Source: Pyrinomonadaceae bacterium
GTDB lineage: Bacteria; Acidobacteriota; Blastocatellia; Pyrinomonadales; Pyrinomonadaceae
Length of the DNA stretch: 29,168 bases
Reading direction: 5' to 3'
Assembly: GCA_035603895.1 (NCBI GenBank)
Contig: DATNJO010001142.1
Coordinates: 1-29,168, forward strand
Shown here: one piece after another, positions 5,781-14,525 of the stretch
Layout: the number at the start of each line of letters is the position of its first letter
How positions within the stretch are numbered: position 1 is the stretch's first letter
Translations under genes and position numbers: made by a program
Notes under the pieces: model-generated
What the model saw: the letters and a program-made list of their open reading frames with translations, nothing else
Database searches by the model: none
Told to the model about the DNA's origin: nothing

Positions 5781-8570
5781 CTAAAAACTCACTTTCATTC
5801 CAAACTGAAACTGCCGCGGATCGAAAGCCGCTGTTGGTTGTCCGAACGTTGGAAGTGGATTAACTCCCGAACCGAACGTGTTGTTCGGTACGCCAAAGTT
5901 CGGCCGATTCAACACGTTGAAGCCCTCCGCGAGCAATTGCAGGTCGACGCGTTCAGTTAACTTGAACCGGCGGCTGACACGCAAGTCAAGCGAAGCGAAA
6001 TCAAAACCACGGCCTGTGTTTCGTCCAACCCCAACCGGACGATCGTTGAGATTCGTATCGAGGTTTCGATCGCTTCCCAACAACACGTTGAACGGCAAAC
6101 GCGAAGCGTAAGTAAAGATGTAACCAAACTGAAATCCGCGCAGTACACGTCCAACGCCACGCGACTTACTTTGCTCCGGTGCTTCCAGCGTTCCGCTCAA
6201 CACCAGACGGTGGCGTTGGTCGTTGTCTGAAAGTCCGCGTTCGCCACGGACGTTGAAGTTATCCTGCGGGCTCGAGAAGAAGAAATTGCCGGAGTCGTCA
6301 ATCGTCTTCGACAGCGTGTAAGACAGACGCATCGTGGCCCAACGCCACGCGCGTTGATTGAATGAAACGACCATACCGTCGTAATCGGATCTGCCAGAGC
6401 TTTCGAAGCGAGAGATGTTGCCCCAATTCGGATCGGGCCGGCCGAGATTCGGAATGCCTGCCGAAGCCGCAAATCTCGGTACGTTCACATTACGCGAAAG
6501 AATCAGGTGCTTTGCGCGGACGTTCAGGTAACCGACCGACACCACCGCATTCCACGGCAGTTCGCGTTCGATCTGAAAATTGCCCTGTTGGCTGTAGCTG
6601 ACCTCGATATTCGGATCGATGCGCGTGATGTTTGGTTTTGTCGGTAACGTGCCCGGCTGAACAGTCAGGACATTCGGAAACACCGGAGCGCCGGTTTGCG
6701 TCGGAGCGAGTTGGACCACAAGGTACTTCGAACCGTCGCGCTGCAATGCATTCGAGGTGGCACGCAGCGGAATACGATCGTAATAGAGCCCGTAACTAGC
6801 ACGAATCACCGTCTTGCGATCGCCGGGCGCGTAAACGATACCAAGCCGCGGCGCGATGTTATTCGTGTCCGTCTCGATCGGATCCGGCAGATACTGCACG
6901 TCATAGCGCAACCCGGCATTGATCGTCAGATCGCGGCGCACGCGCCACTCGTCCTGCACGAACACGCCTACGTTCGGATTCGACTGAAACTGCTCGGGAA
7001 CACCAAACGCCTGCTGGTAATTGCTATAAACGCCGTTCAGAAAATTATTGAGCGACGTGAAGTTGTAAACGCCCTGGAAAGCGCCCGGGAAAAGTATGTT
7101 CAGACGGTTGTAGAGAAATCCACCGCCGAACTTGAGCGAGTGCGCGCCGAACTGAGTCGAAACGTTGTCGACGGCTTCGAGGAGATTGATGTCGCGTCCG
7201 AGCGGCGAGAACGTCGCGGTGCCGAAGTTGGCGACACCACCGATGTTAACCGCCGGTCCGATCTCGTCGTTGACGGGAGCCTCAAGACGACTGTTGGTGT
7301 ACTGGAACCGCGCTTCGTTGATCGTGCGGCTGCTCAGCGTGGTCACGTTACTGACCTGCAACGTCTGGTCGGTGTCGTTGATTCCGGTGGCACGGCTGAC
7401 GGCGTTCAATCCGCCGATGTTGCGCGAATTCACGGCCTCGATGTGATAGAGACTGTAACGCGCGCTGAGTTGATTGCGGTCGTTGATGCGGTGATCGATA
7501 CGAGCGAAGAAGTTGGTCGTGTCAAAACTCGCAGGCACGACGCCAGTTTCGATCGGAACCCCGGGATAATTGACCGCGCGCAGACGGTTGTTGATGGTGT
7601 TTACGGCTGCGGGAGCGATTGTCAGAACAGCCGAATAGTTTCTCCGAGTCTGTTCGAAGTTGGTAAAGAAGAAAGTTCGGTCGTGACGCAGCGGGCCGCC
7701 AACCGTGCCACCGTATTGGGCTTGAGTTAACAGGTCCTTCGTCGGCGCAAGCGGATTGCGCGCGTCGAAGCGCTGATTGCGGAAGAAGCCGTAGAGGTTT
7801 CCACGCCAATCGTTGCTGCCGGAACGCGTCAGAATGTTAACTACACCGCCGGAAGCACGGCCAAACTCAGCGATACCGCCCGAAGTCACGACCTGAAACT
7901 GATCGATAACTTCTTCGCTGTAGTAAGTGCCGGTCAGGTCCGCGGCGTCATCGTTGGCTGACACGCCATCGACGATGAAACTGTTGTAGAGATTGCGCTG
8001 CCCGGCGATCGAAAGACCCTGGCCGGGAACGGCGGAGGTCTCAGCGAAACGTTGATTGCTGCCGGTGTTTGTCGGCGAAACTCCGGGAATTAGCAACGCC
8101 AGATCGAGATAGTTGCGTCCGTTCAGCGGCAGCTCCTGAATCTCGCGCGGGCGAATCGTTTCGGTGATCTGCGTGCGCACTGTTTCGACGAGCGGCACGT
8201 CGCCGCTGCCGATGTTTACCTGCTCTGAAACTCCGGCGACGTCGAGTTTGACTCCCAACTCGAGCGCCTGGCCCACCAGAACATTGAGCCGTTTCGTGAC
8301 AGCGGCGAAGCCCGTGGCTTCAACCTTCAGGTCGTAATCACCCGTGCGCAGGTAAGGGAAGCGGTAACGACCTTCGTGGTCGGTCGTGGTTACTAAATGT
8401 TGATTCGTTTCCAGGTTGGTGGCGGTGACGTTTGCTCCGCTCACCACGGCGCCGCTTGAATCTTCAATGCGGCCGCTCAGCGTGCCCGACGTGACGTTTT
8501 GTTGTGCAACAGTTACAAGGGGCAGCGAGACCAGGAGAACGATGGAGACGAGAAATGCTCGGATCTTCAT
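5781..8570 (-). CDS. TonB-dependent receptor, Oar-like with N-terminal carboxypeptidase-regulatory-like domain
   Basis: Signal peptide; GTLSGRIEDSSGAVVSGANVT; plug motifs LPLNGRNYLDL and AEFGRASGGVVNILTRSG; C-terminal PRQFQFGMKVSF; GGAGGA SD. Confidence 0.92.
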   Translation of the reverse strand: MKIRAFLVSIVLLVSLPLVTVAQQNVTSGTLSGRIEDSSGAVVSGANVTATNLETNQHLVTTTDHEGRYRFPYLRTGDYDLKVEATGFAAVTKRLNVLVGQALELGVKLDVAGVSEQVNIGSGDVPLVETVRTQITETIRPREIQELPLNGRNYLDLALLIPGVSPTNTGSNQRFAETSAVPGQGLSIAGQRNLYNSFIVDGVSANDDAADLTGTYYSEEVIDQFQVVTSGGIAEFGRASGGVVNILTRSGSNDWRGNLYGFFRNQRFDARNPLAPTKDLLTQAQYGGTVGGPLRHDRTFFFTNFEQTRRNYSAVLTIAPAAVNTINNRLRAVNYPGVPIETGVVPASFDTTNFFARIDHRINDRNQLSARYSLYHIEAVNSRNIGGLNAVSRATGINDTDQTLQVSNVTTLSSRTINEARFQYTNSRLEAPVNDEIGPAVNIGGVANFGTATFSPLGRDINLLEAVDNVSTQFGAHSLKFGGGFLYNRLNILFPGAFQGVYNFTSLNNFLNGVYSNYQQAFGVPEQFQSNPNVGVFVQDEWRVRRDLTINAGLRYDVQYLPDPIETDTNNIAPRLGIVYAPGDRKTVIRASYGLYYDRIPLRATSNALQRDGSKYLVVQLAPTQTGAPVFPNVLTVQPGTLPTKPNITRIDPNIEVSYSQQGNFQIERELPWNAVVSVGYLNVRAKHLILSRNVNVPRFAASAGIPNLGRPDPNWGNISRFESSGRSDYDGMVVSFNQRAWRWATMRLSYTLSKTIDDSGNFFFSSPQDNFNVRGERGLSDNDQRHRLVLSGTLEAPEQSKSRGVGRVLRGFQFGYIFTYASRLPFNVLLGSDRNLDTNLNDRPVGVGRNTGRGFDFASLDLRVSRRFKLTERVDLQLLAEGFNVLNRPNFGVPNNTFGSGVNPLPTFGQPTAAFDPRQFQFGMKVSF

Positions 8571-8576
8571 CGAAAG

Positions 8577-8629
8577 TTCCTCCAGGATCGTGGCTTATTT
8601 AATTGTTATCCGATCGATTAAAGGAGGAA
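8577..8629 (-). promoter_or_regulatory. anti-SD/SD hairpin linking the uORF end to the TonB receptor start
   Basis: Minus-strand TTCCTCC (8629-8623, Phe-Leu-Leu codons) is the exact complement of SD GGAGGAA (8583-8577); an inner GATCG/CGATC stem supports it. Confidence 0.65.
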
Positions 8630-9085
8630 AGCAGGAGGGCCGCGCGGGCTTATCTGTGCCCACAGGTCAGTCGATGAAAAGACGAAGGTTCGACTCGCAG
8701 GACGCGAGAGAACCGTTACTGGCGGCGTGTGCCGGGCAATCGGGTGAGCCGTTGCTCGTTCACGTCTTTGTTGTTGATTCGCAACCGAACAAGCGCAACA
8801 TTCAGAACAGCGATTACTGACAGCGGAATTGAAGGCAGGACTCGAGGGATCCGCGGCGTGATCGTGTGAGGCAGCCTTTTTTGATTTAGCACTAGCGTGG
8901 CAATGAGATTCTTCTTCTTTCTTACCGATGCAGCAGGCCATCGTCGAGCTGGCTGCGGAGACGCGGGCAAGCGGCAAGAGCGTCGCCAAAAACGATATGG
9001 CGACGACGAACGCAAGCAGTCGAATAACTACTCGACCGGCTGCGTGATTCGCTTTTTCTCCAGCTTCATTTTGCACTTGGGACAC
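8618..9085 (-). CDS. CruR/DUF2946-like Cys-rich upstream ORF with RGPP arrest motif (start uncertain)
   Basis: TM IRLLAFVVAISFLATLLPLA; MACC, HCH, CSECCAC; C-terminal SPRGPPAFLL 47 nt before the receptor ATG. The GTG at 9085 lies inside the upstream gene. Confidence 0.75.
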   Translation of the reverse strand: MSQVQNEAGEKANHAAGRVVIRLLAFVVAISFLATLLPLARVSAASSTMACCIGKKEEESHCHASAKSKKAASHDHAADPSSPAFNSAVSNRCSECCACSVANQQQRRERATAHPIARHTPPVTVLSRPASRTFVFSSTDLWAQISPRGPPAFLL

Positions 9086-9267
9086 TTACCTGGCTTTGTG
9101 GACTTTACGTCCTCGTGCATAGGACAAACATATTGGAACTGGATCGGTTTGCTGGGATGGGCCGAACGTTCCTTCTGCGCTGTGACGACTGGCGCAGAGT
9201 ATAAACCTTCTGCCGTGAAAAGCAATGCCGCGATAAGCGGCACGCTCATGAAACTTCGGAACTTCAT
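9028..9267 (-). CDS. exported single heavy-metal-binding-domain (HMBD) protein
   Basis: YVCPMHEDVKSTKPGKCPKCKMKLEKK (CPMH...CPKCxM) after a signal peptide. Confidence 0.88.
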   Translation of the reverse strand: MKFRSFMSVPLIAALLFTAEGLYSAPVVTAQKERSAHPSKPIQFQYVCPMHEDVKSTKPGKCPKCKMKLEKKRITQPVE

Positions 9268-9288
9268 CGTAAGCCCTGGATTCGGATC

Positions 9289-9633
9289 TTAATTCGTACC
9301 GGGAGCGACCTTGACTGGTTCGAAACCGTCCTTGGTGTTCGGCGTTAGCGCGTACCACGTGGTCTTTTCACCGTCAGCAAAAGGCGGAAATTCCGCGCCT
9401 TCTTCCACTGTGAGAATGAGCTCCAGGTACTTGTTGGAGGCCTTATAGCTACCGGTTTTTGTGCACTTCGTGCCGGTTACAAATCCTGTCGGGGTTTTTG
9501 AGGCTTCAGTATTTGAAGTGTTTGCTTGCTTCTCCTGGGCTGTCACGGTGGAGGTCGCGTAGTAAAAGCCGCCTGCCGTCAAAAGTAAAGCCGTTACGAG
9601 AAGCGATCCGATCGAAAGTCGTCGCAAATTCAT
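9289..9633 (-). CDS. exported small protein with YjzC-like (TGxxCxKTGSY) domain
   Basis: GAGGAGG SD; signal peptide; mature domain is a clear paralogue of 9753-9992. The YjzC-like label is tentative. Confidence 0.7.
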   Translation of the reverse strand: MNLRRLSIGSLLVTALLLTAGGFYYATSTVTAQEKQANTSNTEASKTPTGFVTGTKCTKTGSYKASNKYLELILTVEEGAEFPPFADGEKTTWYALTPNTKDGFEPVKVAPGTN

Positions 9634-9656
9634 TTTACCCTCCTCGCTGTCAAAGT

Positions 9657-9697
9657 CTCTTCCTGCTCACGTCTTGTTTTGGCGAGAGCAGGAAGAG
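9657..9697. other. 12-bp perfect hairpin between the two paralogues
   Basis: ctcttcctgctc (9657-9668) / gagcaggaagag (9686-9697); only a short T run follows on the minus strand. Confidence 0.5.
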
Positions 9698-9752
9698 TGC
9701 TCTGAATAGTGCCCGACGAATACTGCCCGAATGGTAGGTGGGTAGTACCTGC

Positions 9753-9992
9753 TTAGGCGAGCGTGCCCGCACTGACTTTAACAGCCTCGAATCCGGTCTT
9801 GCTGCCGTCCGTACTTGATGACAGAGCGGTCCAAGTGGTCTTCGCGCCGTCCGTGCCGGCCGGAAACTTATCGCCCTTGCATACCACGACGATGGTGTCC
9901 ATAAACTTGGTGCTCGATTTGTAGCTGCCAGTTTTTGGACAAATCGCGCCCGTTGCATATCCGAAGCCGCCTTTTAGGTTTTCTTGAGTCAT
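9753..9992 (-). CDS. small YjzC-like protein without signal peptide (79 aa)
   Basis: GAAGGAG SD; GYATGAICPKTGSYKSS...FPAGTDGAKTTWTAL...GFEAVKVSAGT aligns with 9289-9633. Confidence 0.75.
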   Translation of the reverse strand: MTQENLKGGFGYATGAICPKTGSYKSSTKFMDTIVVVCKGDKFPAGTDGAKTTWTALSSSTDGSKTGFEAVKVSAGTLA

Positions 9993-10092
9993 ACCTGTCT
10001 CCTTCAGGTTGGAAGTTCGTTAACTTGCTTCCGTTTTATAGGAAAGCGCTTTTGAATTTATTGCCGGCATACGTTGAGAAGTTGACATCTGT

Positions 10093-10734
10093 TTAGAGCA
10101 ACTCCCAGCGCAGCGTCACTGCCTCTTCGTTACGATACGCAACCACCAGAAGCTTGACTAACTGTTCGTAATTCTTGTCTCGACTATCGGTAATCCGCAC
10201 CAGGTAGATGTGGCCCAATTTGATCGGCGCGGTGGCCGACGATTTGGTCTCAGCAAGTTGAGACGCCTCCTGAAGCGGTTGCCACGTTGCCGGAGTTTTG
10301 CCGATGTCGTCCTGGAGGATCATGATCTTGCCCCCCATGACGCGCAACGAAGCGAACCCTACGCCACCGTTCTCTGCGTCTTCGAAGCTGTACCTTCCGC
10401 GGAGATCGTTGGCGGTGCCGAGATCGACGATAGCACCCGATCGATTGAGTTCAATGCCGGTGACAAAACTGCCGCCACCTGCCTGCGTGTAGCTCAAATC
10501 GCTGCAACGGTTTTCCCATTTGTGATTTACAAATGCCATCCCTTCTTTCCCGTCACTGAAGCAGAGGTTACGGGACAAAGGATCCATGGCGTACATGGTG
10601 AAGATTCCACCACGTTTCCGCGGCTGCGTTGACGGTTTGTCATCAGGAGTCGAGGGCGTCTGTGCACGCAGAACCTGCGGGCAGAAGCACGCGATCAACG
10701 CTGCTGAGACAATCAGTAAAGAAATCTTTCTCAT
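10093..10734 (-). CDS. exported hypothetical protein (213 aa)
   Basis: Signal peptide; two Cys (NLCF, NRCS); beta-rich C-terminus GHIYLVRITD...VKLLVVAY...VTLRWELL only weakly reminiscent of HmuY-like folds. Confidence 0.65.
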   Translation of the reverse strand: MRKISLLIVSAALIACFCPQVLRAQTPSTPDDKPSTQPRKRGGIFTMYAMDPLSRNLCFSDGKEGMAFVNHKWENRCSDLSYTQAGGGSFVTGIELNRSGAIVDLGTANDLRGRYSFEDAENGGVGFASLRVMGGKIMILQDDIGKTPATWQPLQEASQLAETKSSATAPIKLGHIYLVRITDSRDKNYEQLVKLLVVAYRNEEAVTLRWELL

Positions 10735-10766
10735 AGAAAATTACCCCCGGTTGGATCTTTGCAGAA

Positions 10767-11849
10767 CTATCGGCTAGCCACGTTGGGCATCGGCACGAGT
10801 TCCTGAAACTTCTTGTACTCAATGTGTCGAGCTTCGTTTCGTCGCCGCAGTTCTTTGAAATAGAAAAACGGAACGAATTCGGGGCTGTAGTTATCGCTGA
10901 TCCAGTCCCTGGGATAAGTGTAGTCGAGCTTGTACAAATCGAAATCAGACTGGCAGAGGTTCAACGTCTCAGTAACAGCTCTGACGAGCACGATGTTATT
11001 GAGAAAGAATGGACTCTCAGCCTGATACAAGAGTTCATGGTCCCGTGCGCGCCGCTGCCACTCCTGCACGACTTTCAAAGCTCTTGCGTACTGCCGAGAA
11101 CCGATTTCCAGGCGAAGAATTGTTTCCTCATCGCCGCGCGACTCTCTTAGGTAGTTTTTGTAAGTCTCGGGTGGAACGGTGCCAAAAGCCCAGTGCCCCT
11201 TATCGGCAGCATAAGTGCCCGCGGCGTCAATTTGCGCAACGCCTCCGGCCAGCTTAATAACCAACGGGAACGCTGAGCCACTCTTGTTGTAAAACTCGTT
11301 CTGACGTGCGACAAGAACGATGAAGTAACGGTCCGGATCAACTCTGGTCCACCTGACTGGTTCCGCGATGCCGGGAATTTCACAGGTCAGGGAAGAGTCG
11401 TTATAGCTAACGACTTTCATGGTCGTGTTGGTCTGGCCGAAAATCTTGTTCGTGCCGGTTGCCGTTAAATTGATCTTTATGTCGGGAGGTTTCGGTGTAG
11501 CCGTTTCCTCGACGATCGGTTCCTCGACGTATTCATATTTTGCCGTGGCGATCTCTTGAGGTTTGGCATCGCCGGAAACTTGAAACACTTTGACCACACC
11601 CGCACCGTCGAACTCGTAAAGACGCGCCTCAGTTGTCGAGATTTGCGCTTTCCAGGTTCCGACGATCTCGCAAGGGCATTTCTCTTTCGGCTGGCTAAAG
11701 CCTGGTTCCCCGGCTGGAGTTGGTTTTGCAGATGGTCGGGGTAGCTTTTTTTCCTGGGTTGACGCTGGGTATTGCTGTTGGGCCAAAGCCGTTCCAGTTG
11801 CGCCTAGAAGCGTCAGGGCCAGGAGCGCGATCATGGCAGTTAGTTTCAT
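10767..11849 (-). CDS. exported hypothetical protein (360 aa)
   Basis: Signal peptide ending TALA-Q; Pro-rich linker; CPC motif followed by a lipocalin-like IVGTWK start; co-oriented after sco. Confidence 0.7.
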   Translation of the reverse strand: MKLTAMIALLALTLLGATGTALAQQQYPASTQEKKLPRPSAKPTPAGEPGFSQPKEKCPCEIVGTWKAQISTTEARLYEFDGAGVVKVFQVSGDAKPQEIATAKYEYVEEPIVEETATPKPPDIKINLTATGTNKIFGQTNTTMKVVSYNDSSLTCEIPGIAEPVRWTRVDPDRYFIVLVARQNEFYNKSGSAFPLVIKLAGGVAQIDAAGTYAADKGHWAFGTVPPETYKNYLRESRGDEETILRLEIGSRQYARALKVVQEWQRRARDHELLYQAESPFFLNNIVLVRAVTETLNLCQSDFDLYKLDYTYPRDWISDNYSPEFVPFFYFKELRRRNEARHIEYKKFQELVPMPNVASR

Positions 11850-11949
11850 TGTTTTTACCCCAGGATGGTACGTGTGGATTCAGCACTACGCGCCATTTGA
11901 AAATGGGCCAGGAATAGAAGCCGAAGCTCCTATTCCTGTTCCTGTGTAC

Positions 11950-12588
11950 CTAGATGTCCCGGCGATAGCCGAACTTCTTGACATCCTTCATGATCTGTTC
12001 CTGGACCGCGCGATTTACGACAACCATCTCCGCGTAGGTCTTCGGATTGTCCTGCCAGGAAATTCGTCTCAGGATGTTCCGGTTGCTGGCAAACGCCTGG
12101 GCCATTCCCCACGAGTTTCTTGCGTCGTTGATAATCCGCAAGTAACCACTGTGGAGGGCTTCGTCAGCGTCCAGGCCCGGGTGGTCCATATTGAACAACC
12201 TGTAGCGCAGGGTCTTGAGATCGTAGGCATCTCCGGTCAGGAAATGCCAGCCCGGAAGATCGACGTTGCGCATTTTCGCATAGTGTTTCAATGCGGCCGG
12301 CGTGTCGTTTTCCGGTTTGATCGTGATTGAGTAAAAGAAGAGGTCTTTACCCATGCGATCATTCAGCGTCCGGTAAATCGTCTTCAGCGTCTGAGTGACT
12401 GCCGGACACGAGCCGTGGCATTCAGCGTACATGAAATTAACCACACACTGTTTGCCGCGGATCAGATCGTCATAGAACTTGACCGTTTCGTTGTTTTGCG
12501 TTCGGAGCACGGCGTTGGTATATCGCGTCGCGCCGGGTGATGCCGGATGCGGCTCAAACACTTTGGTTAACAGACTTCTTCTATCCAT
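11950..12588 (-). CDS. SCO1/SenC-family copper chaperone (cassette 1)
   Basis: NFMYAECHGSCP (CxxxC), GWHFLTG, downstream His (ALHSG). Start reassigned to ATG 12588, which overlaps the MCO stop as TAATG. Confidence 0.9.
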   Translation of the reverse strand: MDRRSLLTKVFEPHPASPGATRYTNAVLRTQNNETVKFYDDLIRGKQCVVNFMYAECHGSCPAVTQTLKTIYRTLNDRMGKDLFFYSITIKPENDTPAALKHYAKMRNVDLPGWHFLTGDAYDLKTLRYRLFNMDHPGLDADEALHSGYLRIINDARNSWGMAQAFASNRNILRRISWQDNPKTYAEMVVVNRAVQEQIMKDVKKFGYRRDI

Positions 12589-14525
12589 TACGCCATCTCC
12601 TCTCTGAACCGTTCTTTGGCTTCCATTTCCAGTTGACAGACTTGCTGATCGGCCAAGCAAGAGGCCAGGCTTGCCGCATCGGGGCAGATATCCCAGCGGA
12701 CCATCATGAAGTTGTCTTCGTGGCCCATGTTATGGCAGTGGATCAGGTATCTGCCGTTGTAGTCTCTGAACTGCATCTTGATTAGGGCGCCTTGTCCGGC
12801 CTCCATGCGGGTAACGTCTTTTCTACCCGAGTGCAGTGGAGGTACTGGAACTTCGACACCGTTCACAAACCTCTTCAGAGTACGGAACTCTTCAAAGTGG
12901 ATGTGTACCGGGTGCAGCCAGCCAGAGGCGATGTTGTTATTGATGAGCCACTCTTCAGTGGTGCCCCTGAGAATACAGTGAGCGGAATGGTCCGGATCGA
13001 AGACACAACCGAGTCCGGCGTCGAATGGTCTCTTGACCCTGAACCGGCCACCGGCGAGCACGAACTGCCACTCCCAGCTATTGTTAGTCGCCGGCAGCGT
13101 CGGATAGGTGCACAGCGTGTTTGGAATAGCCGGTGTGTCAGGTGGGAACCACCATTCTCTGTTGACCACGTTGAATTGCATCAGCACGTTTTCGATGGCC
13201 AATCCTGCCGGTAACGGATCCGGTGACGGGTTGCCCACGAACATCGGTCTGTTTTCCTTGAGGTAAAGCTTGGAGCCGGCCGGGAACTGCCCGAAGTCGA
13301 TAATGACGTCGTAGCGCTCGGCCACGCTCACTCGAATCGCGCCCGGAACGATCGGGGCTGTGGTGCTGTTGCTGTTGCCGGCACCAGCGCCCGCGTCCAC
13401 TGGAAGTGGATGCTCAAGGAAGTTGGCGTCGGTTGCGATCACGGTCATCGTACCGACTGAACCGTCGGGTTTGACCAACGTGATGTCGTAACTCTGCGTC
13501 GGTCCGGTATTAAGAAAGCGGAACCGATATTTTCTTCTGCGGACGGTCAGCTTCGGCTGAATCTTTCCGTTGACAATCCACTTGTCGCCGCCAGCCGCGT
13601 TGACCATTTCGGTCCGGCCGCTCACGGGATCGGTGGCGCAGAATCTTTTGTCAGTAAGAATGATCGGAAAGTCGGTGATACCGTAGTATCCCGGCAGCCG
13701 CAGAGATGGACCGATCGGCAGCTCGTGGCCTGGGTCGGTGCCGTCATATACCAGGTACATGCCGTTCAGACCCATGACGTTATTGTTGAGCGTGAACTCC
13801 GCGCGGTGGTCATGGAACCAGAAGGAGCCCATCTTTTCTTTCGGATCGCCATTGCCGCCAAATGCATCAAGGCCGGCGTAGCAATTCGGGTAAAGATGGT
13901 CCTTGTAGAAATTTGGCGGGAAGAAATCACCCGCAAAACCGTCACTCTCAGAACCGTGGTGACCGTTGTGCAAGTGGATCGTAATCTCGTTCCGACCAAA
14001 CGTTGTGGTGGCCGCAGGCAGGTTGTTCCGGAAACGCACAGCGGTCGGATGACCGTAGACATTTAGCACCGTGGGTGCCGGATATTTGCCGTTGAAACCC
14101 CAGATATACGAGTCGCCATAGTCCGCGTGGAACCTATGGAGCCCCGCTTGGGCTTTCATCTCATATTCCACGTCGGGCGGGAATTGGGCCCAGCGTTGAT
14201 GTGGAGCACGCGGTGCTTCATTCGGTGCGTTCTGGAACTCTTGTGGAGCCGGAACCAGATTCGTCGGAATCGCTGGGAATGGAGCCGTGAAATTGTCGAT
14301 AAAGGGACGATGTGCGGGACTCGGGGTTGCTGGCGTTGTATTGACGCATCGCACCGCCGGCTCGTCCGGTGGGTCATCGGTGAAGCCGAGTGCCTTGCTG
14401 GGACCCAACAGGTGCGGAGCCACGACCGTTGCGGCCCCAGCTGCTGCTCCAATCTTGAGCACACTTCTTCTACTGATTGTGCCTTCAGTTTCCTCTTGCA
14501 GGTCCTTTGCCTTGCTTTTAGGCAT
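12588..14525 (-). CDS. three-domain multicopper oxidase (CotA/bilirubin-oxidase/CueO-like), Tat-exported (cassette 1)
   Basis: TIHLHNGH, WFHDHR, HPVHIHF, HCHNMGHEDNFMM; SRRSVLK twin-Arg; AGGAG SD before ATG 14525. Confidence 0.93.
   Translation of the reverse strand: MPKSKAKDLQEETEGTISRRSVLKIGAAAGAATVVAPHLLGPSKALGFTDDPPDEPAVRCVNTTPATPSPAHRPFIDNFTAPFPAIPTNLVPAPQEFQNAPNEAPRAPHQRWAQFPPDVEYEMKAQAGLHRFHADYGDSYIWGFNGKYPAPTVLNVYGHPTAVRFRNNLPAATTTFGRNEITIHLHNGHHGSESDGFAGDFFPPNFYKDHLYPNCYAGLDAFGGNGDPKEKMGSFWFHDHRAEFTLNNNVMGLNGMYLVYDGTDPGHELPIGPSLRLPGYYGITDFPIILTDKRFCATDPVSGRTEMVNAAGGDKWIVNGKIQPKLTVRRRKYRFRFLNTGPTQSYDITLVKPDGSVGTMTVIATDANFLEHPLPVDAGAGAGNSNSTTAPIVPGAIRVSVAERYDVIIDFGQFPAGSKLYLKENRPMFVGNPSPDPLPAGLAIENVLMQFNVVNREWWFPPDTPAIPNTLCTYPTLPATNNSWEWQFVLAGGRFRVKRPFDAGLGCVFDPDHSAHCILRGTTEEWLINNNIASGWLHPVHIHFEEFRTLKRFVNGVEVPVPPLHSGRKDVTRMEAGQGALIKMQFRDYNGRYLIHCHNMGHEDNFMMVRWDICPDAASLASCLADQQVCQLEMEAKERFREEMA

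Noticed and set aside
6696-7730. 344-aa plus-strand ORF
   Set aside because: Antisense shadow of the TonB receptor; no recognisable motifs
11833-12330. 165-aa plus-strand ORF, and similar antisense ORFs over the MCOs (14127-14750, 17801-18457)
   Set aside because: They overlap strongly supported genes on the other strand; expected in GC-rich DNA
12589-12660. Longer ORF-track starts (12660, 14558, 17560, 19477, 19614, 20701, 27950, 1871)
   Set aside because: Downstream ATGs have an SD, stop/start coupling or promoter spacing, and give proper signal peptides; the 20701 start is the lexA -35 itself
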